Positions 53,867 through 62,403 of a stretch of DNA of 64,000 bases are shown here, one piece after another. Source of the DNA: an archaeon (lineage in GTDB: Archaea > Iainarchaeota > Iainarchaeia > Iainarchaeales > DTGL01); assembly GCA_029258755.1 (NCBI GenBank), contig JAPDKC010000020.1, positions 532 to 64,531 on the forward strand, written 5' to 3'. The position numbers were made by a program, and so were the translations under genes. Below the pieces are notes generated by a model. The model had not been told where the DNA came from and searched no databases. It saw only the letters and a program-made list of their open reading frames with translations. Position 1 is the stretch's first letter, and each line of letters begins with the position of its first letter.

Positions 53867-54733
53867 TTAAGGGTAGATGCCTTCATAAAGCTCCTTTCTG
53901 TGTGCTTCTAGCATTTCTATCGGCTTGTTTGCGAGCTCTGCTGCAGTAATTAATTTTACTCCGCAGTTTTCAGCTTCTTCAAAGACGCTAGCAATTCTTT
54001 CTTTCCATTGAAGATCCCTTAAAAAGTGATGGTCCACAACTAGAGTTTTTAAAGAATCCATGCTCACAATCTTTAGCATATTTTCTATTGCAAGTTCTAA
54101 GCTTTTATGGCTATATCTGTAGCCAAGCATATAAGAAAGCGGACCATCGAGTATCACTAAGTTTGGTTCGTTCTGCAGAATAAATTCAGCTTGCTCCGCT
54201 GTGCTTGGGCCTTCAACATCGCTTGTATGGACAAGCTTGTAGCCGTCATCTATCAAAACCTCGGTTACATAGCCAAGCTTTGAGTTAGTGCCGTGAAATA
54301 CCGCTTGCGAAAACTTTATCTTCGTGTTTTCGAACACAAACTCTTTGCCATCGGAGTATTCTATTTTTTCTGGAAGATTGGAAAGCTGTTCCAGAAAATA
54401 AGCAGCTCTTCTTTTTTGGCTATAATTTATATTCTCTTTAGGGTGCTTTAAGAATACTATTTTTCCTTTATAAATCTCCAGATTTTCGTTGGGGTTGTGA
54501 TGATCATAGTGATAATGTGTGACTATGAGCACATCCGCTTGCATCGCATGTTTAACTATCGCTTTCCAGTGCTCTTGCGTCCTTTCTATCTCTATCGGAT
54601 GCGGAGCCAAACCATAGCGCAGAGGTCCTAAAGCAACACCAGGATCTATGAATATTTTTACATCCTTAGTTTTCACAAAGGTGGCCATACTTCTTGTTCC
54701 AAGGGAGTCAAAGGCAATAGGCGATATTTTCAT
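53867..54733 (-). CDS. UPF0282-like metallo-beta-lactamase-fold hydrolase
   Basis: DSLG.RSMAT, IDPGVAL, THYHYDHH, SDVEGP, DHH.LRD. Confidence 0.88.
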   Translation of the reverse strand: MKISPIAFDSLGTRSMATFVKTKDVKIFIDPGVALGPLRYGLAPHPIEIERTQEHWKAIVKHAMQADVLIVTHYHYDHHNPNENLEIYKGKIVFLKHPKENINYSQKRRAAYFLEQLSNLPEKIEYSDGKEFVFENTKIKFSQAVFHGTNSKLGYVTEVLIDDGYKLVHTSDVEGPSTAEQAEFILQNEPNLVILDGPLSYMLGYRYSHKSLELAIENMLKIVSMDSLKTLVVDHHFLRDLQWKERIASVFEEAENCGVKLITAAELANKPIEMLEAHRKELYEGIYP

Positions 54734-54766
54734 TAAAAAGATTAGAAGCGACACGTTTTTAAGCTT

Positions 54767-54788
54767 TTGTATACAGAAATTGTATACA
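54767..54788 (+). promoter_or_regulatory. Probable vapBC autoregulatory operator
   Basis: TTGTATACA-GAAA-TTGTATACA: two copies of the palindrome TGTATACA between a TTTTTAAG box and the antitoxin ATG. Confidence 0.55.
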
Positions 54789-55000
54789 TGAAACGAACTA
54801 CAGTAATTAGTGTCAGGTTACCTGAAGAGATCGCCAAAGAACTTAAAGAAGCAGGTATAGAACCATCTAGAGCAATAAAAAAAGCACTTCGCGAAGTATA
54901 CAGAGACATTCTTCTCCAAAGGTTGAAAAAGCAATCTGCTAAACTTAAAGGAATAACTGATAGAGAGGTTGTAGAGGCCATTAAGGAGGGCAGGGCTTGA
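54788..55000 (+). CDS. vapB: VapB-type antitoxin (RHH)
   Basis: TTVISVRLPEEI...L RHH motif; overlaps the PIN gene. Confidence 0.8.
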   Translation: MKRTTVISVRLPEEIAKELKEAGIEPSRAIKKALREVYRDILLQRLKKQSAKLKGITDREVVEAIKEGRA

Positions 55001-55368
55001 TTGTTGATGCAAGTGGTTTTATTAAGGCGATCAAGCTAAGAAAGGTTGAAAAGCTCCATGAGCCAAAGACAACAAAGCTTATTTTCTACGAGCTTGGCAA
55101 TGTACTGTGGAAAGAATCCAGAATTTTTAAAAGATTTTCCTCTGCTGAGGCCCAAGCAATGCTTAAAGATTGGATTCTTTGGATTGAATGCAACTTCGAT
55201 ATATACGAGCCCGATTGGCATGCCACATTAGCTATTGCATTAGAAACTGGTTTAAGTTATTATGATGCTTCTTATCTATGGCTTGCTAAAAAGGTAAATG
55301 AGCCCATAGTAACAGCAGATAAGGACCTAAAAAAACACTGGAAAGCAATTGACTTCAAGAAGCTTTGA
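54997..55368 (+). CDS. vapC: VapC PIN-domain toxin
   Basis: IVDAS, YELGNVLWK, LSYYDASY..LA, VTAD. Confidence 0.92.
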   Translation: MIVDASGFIKAIKLRKVEKLHEPKTTKLIFYELGNVLWKESRIFKRFSSAEAQAMLKDWILWIECNFDIYEPDWHATLAIALETGLSYYDASYLWLAKKVNEPIVTADKDLKKHWKAIDFKKL

Positions 55369-55393
55369 TATTAACGAAAGCAACAAGGAGCTG

Positions 55394-55975
55394 TTAGCGG
55401 CTTTTTAGCAGGTTTCCTATGCTTTTCCAATCCTCTTCAATTGTTCTGCGTAGAGCACCGTTGCGCAGAGCAGCGGCAGGATGGTACATGGGAATTATAA
55501 GCACCTTTCCCCAAAATGCTTTTGCTTGCATAGGTTTTGCATGCGCTTCACTTATTTTACCTATTTCAAGCGCAAATTCTTTTTCCACGTATTTCGCGGC
55601 AACACTACCTAAAGGAATTATGAGATTTGGCTTTATTATTGCAAGCTGCTTATCTAAGTAGGGCTTGCATGCTTTTATCTGTTGCAGAGTTGCTTTATTT
55701 TCTGGTAGGTAGCATTTAAGAACGCTTGTTATATAAACTCTTTTGCGCTCTATGCCAGCAAGCTTAAGCAACTTATTTAGAAATTTTCCTGCTGGACCAA
55801 CAAAGGGTTTGCCTTGAATATTTTCTTCTTTTCCAGGGCCCAAACCAATTAGAAATATTTTTGCGTTAATTGGCCCTTCGCCAAAAACCGCTTTGTTGCG
55901 TGTTTTCCAAAGAGAGCATCGCTTGCAGTTTTCCACATTCTCGCGTAAATCTTCAAGTTCAGCTAATTTCGACAT
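55394..55975 (-). CDS. udg: Uracil-DNA glycosylase, family 4-like with [4Fe-4S]
   Basis: CKRC.L, PFVGPAG, KC, C..YL..Q, YHPAA. Confidence 0.9.
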   Translation of the reverse strand: MSKLAELEDLRENVENCKRCSLWKTRNKAVFGEGPINAKIFLIGLGPGKEENIQGKPFVGPAGKFLNKLLKLAGIERKRVYITSVLKCYLPENKATLQQIKACKPYLDKQLAIIKPNLIIPLGSVAAKYVEKEFALEIGKISEAHAKPMQAKAFWGKVLIIPMYHPAAALRNGALRRTIEEDWKSIGNLLKSR

Positions 55976-56038
55976 ACAAAACTGAAATGAAAAATAGTTT
56001 AAATTAATTTTTGCCTTTATATTGCCTTAGGTGATCGG

Positions 56039-56212
56039 TTGACAGCTCTTTCCAGAGAGTTGTTGGAAATACTCGCTTGTCCGAAATGCAAAGGGGAGCT
56101 TGAATATAAAGAAAAAGAGCAGAAACTTATTTGTCACAAATGCAAGCTAGCATACAGAATAGAGGGTGGCATTCCTATAATGCTAATTGAAGAAGCGGAA
56201 AAATTGCATTAG
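56039..56212 (+). CDS. trm112: Trm112-like methyltransferase activator
   Basis: Manual translation (TTG start after AGGTGAT): MTALSRELLEILACPKCKGELEYKEKEQKLICHKCKLAYRIEGGIPIMLIEEAEKLH. Confidence 0.92.
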   Translation: MTALSRELLEILACPKCKGELEYKEKEQKLICHKCKLAYRIEGGIPIMLIEEAEKLH

Positions 56213-56373
56213 CTATTTCCTTGTTTTTTCACTTTATGGCGTTGTCTGCCTCTGTAAGCACCCACTTTTGGATAAAAGCTTGGCTGCTTTGTGCGCAATA
56301 CAGCGCTAATGCTGGCGTTTTTTCTTTCTCTAGAAGCGCTGCTCACAGAACCTTTTACAGGCTTCCTTGGCAT
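56209..56373 (-). CDS. Small basic protein (54 aa)
   Basis: MPRKPVKGSVSSASRERKNASISAVLRTKQPSFYPKVGAYRGRQRHKVKKQGNS, after a GGTGAG SD. Confidence 0.55.
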   Translation of the reverse strand: MPRKPVKGSVSSASRERKNASISAVLRTKQPSFYPKVGAYRGRQRHKVKKQGNS

Positions 56374-56439
56374 TATCTCACCCTTAAATTGTTCGCATAC
56401 CCTCTATTTATTTCTTTCTTTTAATTAAAATTATTTTGG

Positions 56440-57225
56440 ATGAAGCTTTGCGAGCTTAGGAAGGAGAGGATTATAACAACAGAACTCAGCTTCTGGCTTA
56501 CCATGCAAGAAATTGAAAAAATAGCAAAATGCGTAGATGCTATAGCAGTTCCAGCACTCAAAAAAACATGCATTAGCTATGATCCGAAGGCAGCATGCCT
56601 TTCTAATGCTGTTGCCTTAAAGCGCAAACACATAGAGCCAATAGTAACTGTTACATGCAGGGATTTTAGGAAAAAAGATGCAAGCTTTTTAGATAAACTT
56701 TTGGCTTACGGAATAAAAAACCTTTTAGTTGTTTATGGCGACAAGCATGCGATTGGCAGAACTTGTTATGGGTTTAAAAGCACAGCTGAGCTAATTAAAT
56801 GGATTAAAAATTATAGTAAAGAGTTCTGCTTTTTAGTTGCATGTGACCCTAATAAAGATGCCGATAAAGAACTCGAAAAAATTTTAGTGAAGGAAAAAGC
56901 TGGCGCAAACATAATTGTTACGCAGCCAATTTTTAATCTCAAGAAAGCAAGAATTTTATTTGAGATGATTTCAAGTGAAACAAACCTGAAAATTATTGCA
57001 GGCTTAGCTTTTCCGAACGTTCCCGAGCAGATAGAATTTTTGAGAAATAGGCTTGCTATAGATGTGCCTGAGCATGTGGTTTCAAAGCTTGCTAAGAAGC
57101 CCACAAAACAGCATATATTAAAATTTGTAGACAAATTGAGCGAGTTGGTAAGCGGTTTCCACATTTATCCCGTGGGAAACAAAGAAAGCTTTATGGAAGC
57201 AATAGAAGCGCTTTCAAAGCACTAG
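56440..57225 (+). CDS. Divergent methylenetetrahydrofolate reductase-like (MetF fold) protein
   Basis: EPIVTVTCRD, GIKNLLVVYGD, K..AGA..IVTQPIF, GFHIY. Confidence 0.75.
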   Translation: MKLCELRKERIITTELSFWLTMQEIEKIAKCVDAIAVPALKKTCISYDPKAACLSNAVALKRKHIEPIVTVTCRDFRKKDASFLDKLLAYGIKNLLVVYGDKHAIGRTCYGFKSTAELIKWIKNYSKEFCFLVACDPNKDADKELEKILVKEKAGANIIVTQPIFNLKKARILFEMISSETNLKIIAGLAFPNVPEQIEFLRNRLAIDVPEHVVSKLAKKPTKQHILKFVDKLSELVSGFHIYPVGNKESFMEAIEALSKH

Positions 57226-57276
57226 CGATTGTAATGATTTTTAAAAATTTCTTATTTTACTTCTTAGCGGGTTTTA

Positions 57277-58185
57277 TTGCTAGCGATAGAGCTTTGTGGA
57301 ATAAAGCTGAAAAACCCTCTGATTCTAGCTTCCGGCGTTTTAGGATTAAATAAAAACAACTTGCTTAGAGCCCAAAAAGGCGGTGCTGGTGCTCTTACTA
57401 TAAAAAGCATTTCTTTGGAAGAACGCTTCGGGCATGAAACGCCAAATGTTGCCTTTTTCGAGGCAGGCATGCTCAATGCGTTTGGTTACTGCAATCCTGG
57501 TTTGGAAGAAGCTTTGCGAGAATTCGCTGATTTGAGCTGTTTTAGCGTTCCGGTTATAGCTAGCTGTACTGCAAGCAATGCTAGCGATTTTGTAAAGCTT
57601 GTAAGTGCATTAGATAAGCTTGATTTTGCAGCAATAGAGCTTCCTTTGTCCTGCCCGCATACTCCCGGCCATGGGTTGCTTGCGGGCCAAGGCACAGTGG
57701 AAGCAACTAAGGAAATAGTAAAGGCCTGCAGGAAGAAAACTAAGAAGCCCCTATGGGTTAAAATTAACGCTAGCTTACCGAACGCTGTTGATATTGCATT
57801 AGCTGCTGAGCAAGCAGGTGCTGATGCAATAACATGCTCAAATACTTTAGGTCCTGGAATGGTGATAAATATAGCTTCTGCTAAGCCTGTGCTAGCTTTC
57901 AAAGTGGGTGGTGTTTCAGGACCAGCGATAAGGCCCATTATTGTAAGAACAATTTACGATCTTTACAAAAGGCTTAAGATTCCAATAATTGCCTTAGGCG
58001 GCGTTCTTAGGGGCGAGCATGCCATAGAGATGCTAATGGCTGGCGCAAGCGCTGTTGGTATAGCAACTGGCATAGCTATAAGAGGTCCTGACATATTCAA
58101 AAAATGTTGCGATGAAATGTCGGAATGGTTGAAAAAGCATGATTACAAAAGCGTAACAGAACTTATAGGTGTCGCGCATGAATGA
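57277..58185 (+). CDS. pyrD: Dihydroorotate dehydrogenase 1B catalytic subunit
   Basis: LKNPLILASG, KS, LNAFG..NPG, SCPH, NT, GGVSG.AIRP. Confidence 0.95.
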   Translation: MLAIELCGIKLKNPLILASGVLGLNKNNLLRAQKGGAGALTIKSISLEERFGHETPNVAFFEAGMLNAFGYCNPGLEEALREFADLSCFSVPVIASCTASNASDFVKLVSALDKLDFAAIELPLSCPHTPGHGLLAGQGTVEATKEIVKACRKKTKKPLWVKINASLPNAVDIALAAEQAGADAITCSNTLGPGMVINIASAKPVLAFKVGGVSGPAIRPIIVRTIYDLYKRLKIPIIALGGVLRGEHAIEMLMAGASAVGIATGIAIRGPDIFKKCCDEMSEWLKKHDYKSVTELIGVAHE

Positions 58186-58981
58186 GTTTGCAAAGCACAT
58201 GATTAAAACAGGCAGAATAACAAAAATAGTGGAAGAGGCCCCCAACATAAAAACGTTTGAGTTAAGCATCGCAATGCATGCTGAACCAGGACAATTTGTG
58301 ATGGCTTTCTTGCCACAGGTTGGCGAAAGACCATTTGCGTTGACGCAAGCAGGTAAAAAGATTGCAATCACAGTAAAGAAGAGAGGGCCATTTACAGAAA
58401 AGCTTTTTTCTCTGAAAGAAGGTTCTTTTTTAGGAATTCGCGGGCCTTATGGAAAGGGTTTCTCTTTACAAAATGTTGGTAAAGCATGCTTAGTTGCAGC
58501 TGGCATTGGGATTGCTGCATTGATCAGGCTTGCAGAAGAGCTTGCAAAAGAAGGGGCTAGCGTAACTCTTATTTTTGCTTGCAAGAGTGCTAACGAAATT
58601 ATTTTCAAGGAAAGATTGGAAAAAGTTGCAAGCTTGCATATAGCAACAGAAGATGGTTCGGCTGGCTTCAAAGGGGATTGTATAGAGCTTTTAGAAAAGG
58701 TTTTAAAAAAGCAAAGTTATGATAAGCTTTACTGCTGCGGTCCTGAAGCCATGATGGTCAGCGTGCTTAAACTGTGCGAAAAGTATGCGATAGATGCGGA
58801 GTTTGCTGTGGAGCGCTATATGAAATGTGCTGTCGGTTTATGCGGACATTGCTGCTTAGATGAATGGCTTGTCTGCACAGATGGTCCTGTTTTTAGCAAA
58901 GAACAACTTTTAGCATCGAAAGAGTTTGGAAGGATTTATTATTCAAAAAGTGGAAAACGCATGCGTTTTGGAGGTGATTAG
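58178..58981 (+). CDS. pyrK: Dihydroorotate dehydrogenase electron-transfer subunit
   Basis: PGQF, RPF, GPYGKGF, CGPE.MM, MKCAVGLCGHC...VC.DGPVF. Confidence 0.93.
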   Translation: MNEFAKHMIKTGRITKIVEEAPNIKTFELSIAMHAEPGQFVMAFLPQVGERPFALTQAGKKIAITVKKRGPFTEKLFSLKEGSFLGIRGPYGKGFSLQNVGKACLVAAGIGIAALIRLAEELAKEGASVTLIFACKSANEIIFKERLEKVASLHIATEDGSAGFKGDCIELLEKVLKKQSYDKLYCCGPEAMMVSVLKLCEKYAIDAEFAVERYMKCAVGLCGHCCLDEWLVCTDGPVFSKEQLLASKEFGRIYYSKSGKRMRFGGD

Positions 58982-59932
58982 ATGAACGCTGAAGAAAAGA
59001 TAGAGGGGGTCATAAAAAAATGCAAGGATATTATGGAAAGAGGAATGGATGAAAAGTTGCAAGAAAGCGAAATAGCTCATGTGCTTGCAACATTTCTCTT
59101 TGAATTCACAAAACTTTTGGGGCAAAAACTTATCGAGGTAAGAAGCTATAAAGAGATAGAAGAGAAAGGCACCTTTAAGTATGCAGGCCAAATAGATACC
59201 TTACATGAAGAAGGCATCTTTCCAGATAGTCTTTTTAAAGAATTTAAGGCATTGGGTTTAAGCAATCACATAGGCCCTTCTTATCTTAGGGTTAAGGGTT
59301 TGCTTACTCACAGTAAGATACGCGGCTTCTTCGCAAGACAATTGTATTTTACGATAGAGCATGCCTTAGATAAACAGGAGCTAAAAGAGGGCTTTATCCT
59401 CTTTTTACCGAATATGACTGGCGGTGCTTGGATAGGCGATGAAACAAGAAGGCATGCTGAAGAACTTTCAAAATATTCAATATGGAAAGCAACGCCTTAT
59501 GTAAGGGGAATGCGAAAAATAACGGAAGTGGTAGCTAAAGAAACAATAACGAACTATATAGAAGGTTTGCTCCCTCCGCCTGAGGAAACCGCCTGCGTAA
59601 TAAACTTCGAGGAGCTCAGAACTACAGCTGAAACCACGCAAAATGCCATACAAATACTCAGAAGCTTTGGCTATAACGAAACTAACGGAGTAAAGCTTAT
59701 GGCAGCGTGCGTTTTTGATTATAGGCACAAAGCTTGCGTAGCAAGGTTTGAAAGACTCGGCATAGAGCCAATATACTTAGTAGATGGGCTTACCTTCTTT
59801 AAGAAAGCAAGGGAGCTGGGCTACATAAATGAAGAACAATATACTACCGTAAGTGAATGGCTTGCAGACCCTTGGAAATTCACGGAAAAGGTTTTACCAG
59901 CAATAAAAGCCCTGGTGAAAAGCGATGGTTGA
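58982..59932 (+). CDS. Atypical phosphoribosyltransferase, probable orotate PRTase
   Basis: Lies between pyrK and pyrF; PNMTGGAWIG, VINFEELRTTAET PRPP loop; C-terminus (GYI..E.Y..V.EW..DPW) resembles the PyrE end. Confidence 0.6.
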   Translation: MNAEEKIEGVIKKCKDIMERGMDEKLQESEIAHVLATFLFEFTKLLGQKLIEVRSYKEIEEKGTFKYAGQIDTLHEEGIFPDSLFKEFKALGLSNHIGPSYLRVKGLLTHSKIRGFFARQLYFTIEHALDKQELKEGFILFLPNMTGGAWIGDETRRHAEELSKYSIWKATPYVRGMRKITEVVAKETITNYIEGLLPPPEETACVINFEELRTTAETTQNAIQILRSFGYNETNGVKLMAACVFDYRHKACVARFERLGIEPIYLVDGLTFFKKARELGYINEEQYTTVSEWLADPWKFTEKVLPAIKALVKSDG

Positions 59933-60629
59933 GAAATATTTTTTAGCATTGGATTTTGACACTGAAAAAATAGAAAGCATAGGCAATAATGCTTTAGATG
60001 TGCTTGAAAATGAATTCGGAAGCGATTTTGTTAGAAGGAAGCTTGGTGTAAAGCTAAATGATTATGCCCTTAGAGGGGATTTTTCCAGTTATGCGGTATT
60101 CAACGAGCGCTGCGAAATATTCGCAGATATAAAAATTTTTCATGGTGCAGGCACAGGATACAAAATTATAGAAGAAGTAACTAAAAGGCTTCCAATAAAC
60201 TATGTTACAGTTTCAAGCTACCTTGGCGAGCGCATCTTAAGCGAATACGTAAAAAGAGCAAACAGGGATGGAATAAAGATAATAGCATTTACTGCTCATA
60301 CAAAGATAGACGCAAGCGAAATAGAAGCAATCCACAATGCAGAGGCAAACGAAGTTATTTATAAGCTGGCAAAAATAGCTTACAATGCTGGCTGTGATGC
60401 TGTTGTTTTAGATGTAAGCGCTCTCAGAGATAAAAGGATAGAAAAGCTACCAATAAAGAAGCTTGTTACTGGAATTAGGATTGAAGCTGATACGAAAGGA
60501 GAGCAAGCAAGGGTAAGCTTTCTTAACGATGTGCTTAAACTAAAGGAGAAAATTCACTATGTGGTTATAAGCAGCAGATATGTACAGAATCCTCGAAAAA
60601 TGGTAGAAATAGTGGGAAAATTGGAATAA
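59925..60629 (+). CDS. pyrF: Divergent orotidine-5'-phosphate decarboxylase
   Basis: LALD, GVK, FADIK, VTGIR...GEQAR; TIM-barrel length. Confidence 0.75.
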   Translation: MVEKYFLALDFDTEKIESIGNNALDVLENEFGSDFVRRKLGVKLNDYALRGDFSSYAVFNERCEIFADIKIFHGAGTGYKIIEEVTKRLPINYVTVSSYLGERILSEYVKRANRDGIKIIAFTAHTKIDASEIEAIHNAEANEVIYKLAKIAYNAGCDAVVLDVSALRDKRIEKLPIKKLVTGIRIEADTKGEQARVSFLNDVLKLKEKIHYVVISSRYVQNPRKMVEIVGKLE

Positions 60630-60705
60630 CCTATTCTTTTAAATTATAATGCCCGCACAAATTATATACTCTTTTTGTTTCATTTTTCTCTTGTGGGGTG
60701 GTATT

Positions 60706-61074
60706 GTGGCTGAAAAGAACGAATCGAAAGCTCAAGAGGAAAGCTTGCCTTTCCCAAACTCAGTTGTTGTTAGGCTTATGCGCCAGCATTTAGACCCTGG
60801 AAAGCAGATAAAAAAGCGCGTTAAGATCGAGATGAATAGATGGCTAGCGGAAATGCTTGCAAAAGTAACTGAAGAGATGAATAAGCTTCCCTACACTTAT
60901 GTGGATTATGCCATGTTCAAGGAAGCTGTTGCGAAATATACAAAGCTTGAGGAGATTGCTGAAGAACGCGAACGCTTGCTAAAATATATAGAAAAAATAA
61001 AATCTGATTGTGAATTCTTGGAAAATGAGATAAAGAGAAAGTATTCTTTGCCAGAAGATGAGTTTTTAGATTAG
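60706..61074 (+). CDS. Histone-fold protein with C-terminal coiled coil (CC-histone-like)
   Basis: Probable GTG start; LPFPNSVVVRLMRQHL...QIKKRVKIEMNRWL histone fold followed by a long helix. Confidence 0.7.
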   Translation: MAEKNESKAQEESLPFPNSVVVRLMRQHLDPGKQIKKRVKIEMNRWLAEMLAKVTEEMNKLPYTYVDYAMFKEAVAKYTKLEEIAEERERLLKYIEKIKSDCEFLENEIKRKYSLPEDEFLD

Positions 61075-61664
61075 TTTTTTTCCTTAGCTTGTAATATTTG
61101 CCAAACTCTGGCACATATACGGGATTTCTTATTTATCAAAAGGTATGCAAGAAGTTTCGAAAAGTTGTGTGGTTTTCTTTTCTGAGAAGCTTTTTCAAAA
61201 TCGATAATTACAGGCAAGCCATCTCTCACCAAAATGTTTACGCCTCTTCCCGCTAGTTGTCCATGGTCTAAACCAGCGTTATCCAAAGTAATTGCTTGCC
61301 TAAATAATTCAGCCAAAAACCTAATGAGCTCAGCGCGCTTTCTTTTTTCAAACAGCCATTCATTGAAAGTTTTGCCCTCTATATACTCCATTAGTATTAT
61401 TTTCCTTTTTTTATCAAAGCCATAAAGTTTTGGCCCAACATTTAAAGAATTCGCCTTCTTTAGGTTTGCTACCTCCTTTTCTATCATTCCTTCTCTTGTT
61501 GAATCCTTACGCTCAAGTTTTGCCACAAGCTTTTTGTCTCCTTTTCTCACTAAAAATACGAATGAAGAATGGCCTTTTGCGATAAGCTTAACTAGCGTTA
61601 GCTTGTGTTCTTTGAGGAATTCCCTAAGCCTTTTCATCTCTGTTTCATAGGGCATGCGCCTCAT
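61071..61664 (-). CDS. RIO/Bud32-like Ser/Thr kinase (COG2112-like)
   Basis: IAKGHSS.VF, VAK, E...L..AN..VGPKL, MEYIEG, HGQL...NI, IIDFEKAS; start uncertain. Confidence 0.8.
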   Translation of the reverse strand: MRRMPYETEMKRLREFLKEHKLTLVKLIAKGHSSFVFLVRKGDKKLVAKLERKDSTREGMIEKEVANLKKANSLNVGPKLYGFDKKRKIILMEYIEGKTFNEWLFEKRKRAELIRFLAELFRQAITLDNAGLDHGQLAGRGVNILVRDGLPVIIDFEKASQKRKPHNFSKLLAYLLINKKSRICARVWQILQAKEKN

Positions 61665-61665
61665 T

Positions 61666-62253
61666 TTAAACACTTACACCTAGTTCTCGTAAAAATAGAA
61701 CAAGCTCATTGGTAGGCAAACCTGTGTAAAAAGCTGTGCTCCCGCAAATCTCTTCGGCATACATAAGCACAAAGTTTCCATCAAATGCTCCAGAAAAATT
61801 GAGCACAGGGTATTTTTGCACATACCTGTTGATCTCTTCCTCTTCGAGTTTCCTAAACTTTACATCGCACTTCTTTACTGTTGATAAAAGTTTTCCAGAG
61901 CTTGAATCCATAACTGCAAGTGCAGCGATTATAGTAACGGTGTTTCCCGAAAATTCTTTTAGCATCTCTTTTGCTTCTTCAATGCTTTCTGGCTTTTCAT
62001 AAAGCTTTCCGTCAAACACTACAACGAGATCAGCTGCAATAATTATAGCATCGTTTAGCTTTTTGCCTATTTCTTTGGCCTTCATCACAGCAAGCTTTTC
62101 AGCCCTTTTTTCAGGATCCTTTTCTTTTAGCTTCTTTTCATCAATGTCTGCCGGCATTACTTCAAATTTAAGCCCTAAGAGCTCTAGCGTCCTTCTTCTG
62201 GAGCTTGAGCGCGAAGCTAGCACAATCTTTCTTTCACTCATCAGTGAGAACAC
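61666..62253 (-). CDS. maf: Maf-family nucleoside triphosphate pyrophosphatase
   Basis: IVLAS.S..RR..L, IDE, LA..KA, AAD.VV, EKP. Confidence 0.9.
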   Translation of the reverse strand: MFSLMSERKIVLASRSSSRRRTLELLGLKFEVMPADIDEKKLKEKDPEKRAEKLAVMKAKEIGKKLNDAIIIAADLVVVFDGKLYEKPESIEEAKEMLKEFSGNTVTIIAALAVMDSSSGKLLSTVKKCDVKFRKLEEEEINRYVQKYPVLNFSGAFDGNFVLMYAEEICGSTAFYTGLPTNELVLFLRELGVSV

Positions 62254-62403
62254 CTCTTAGCCAAAAAGTGAAATTTGCCAAAAATTGGCAAAGTTTTTTT
62301 AAAACTTTCAGCCTTACTTAATATCATAAATAACTTATTTTAACAATGTTTAAAAATGCTGGAGATATAAGAAGGTTGCCTATGGAATTTGGAGGTGAAT
62401 TAA

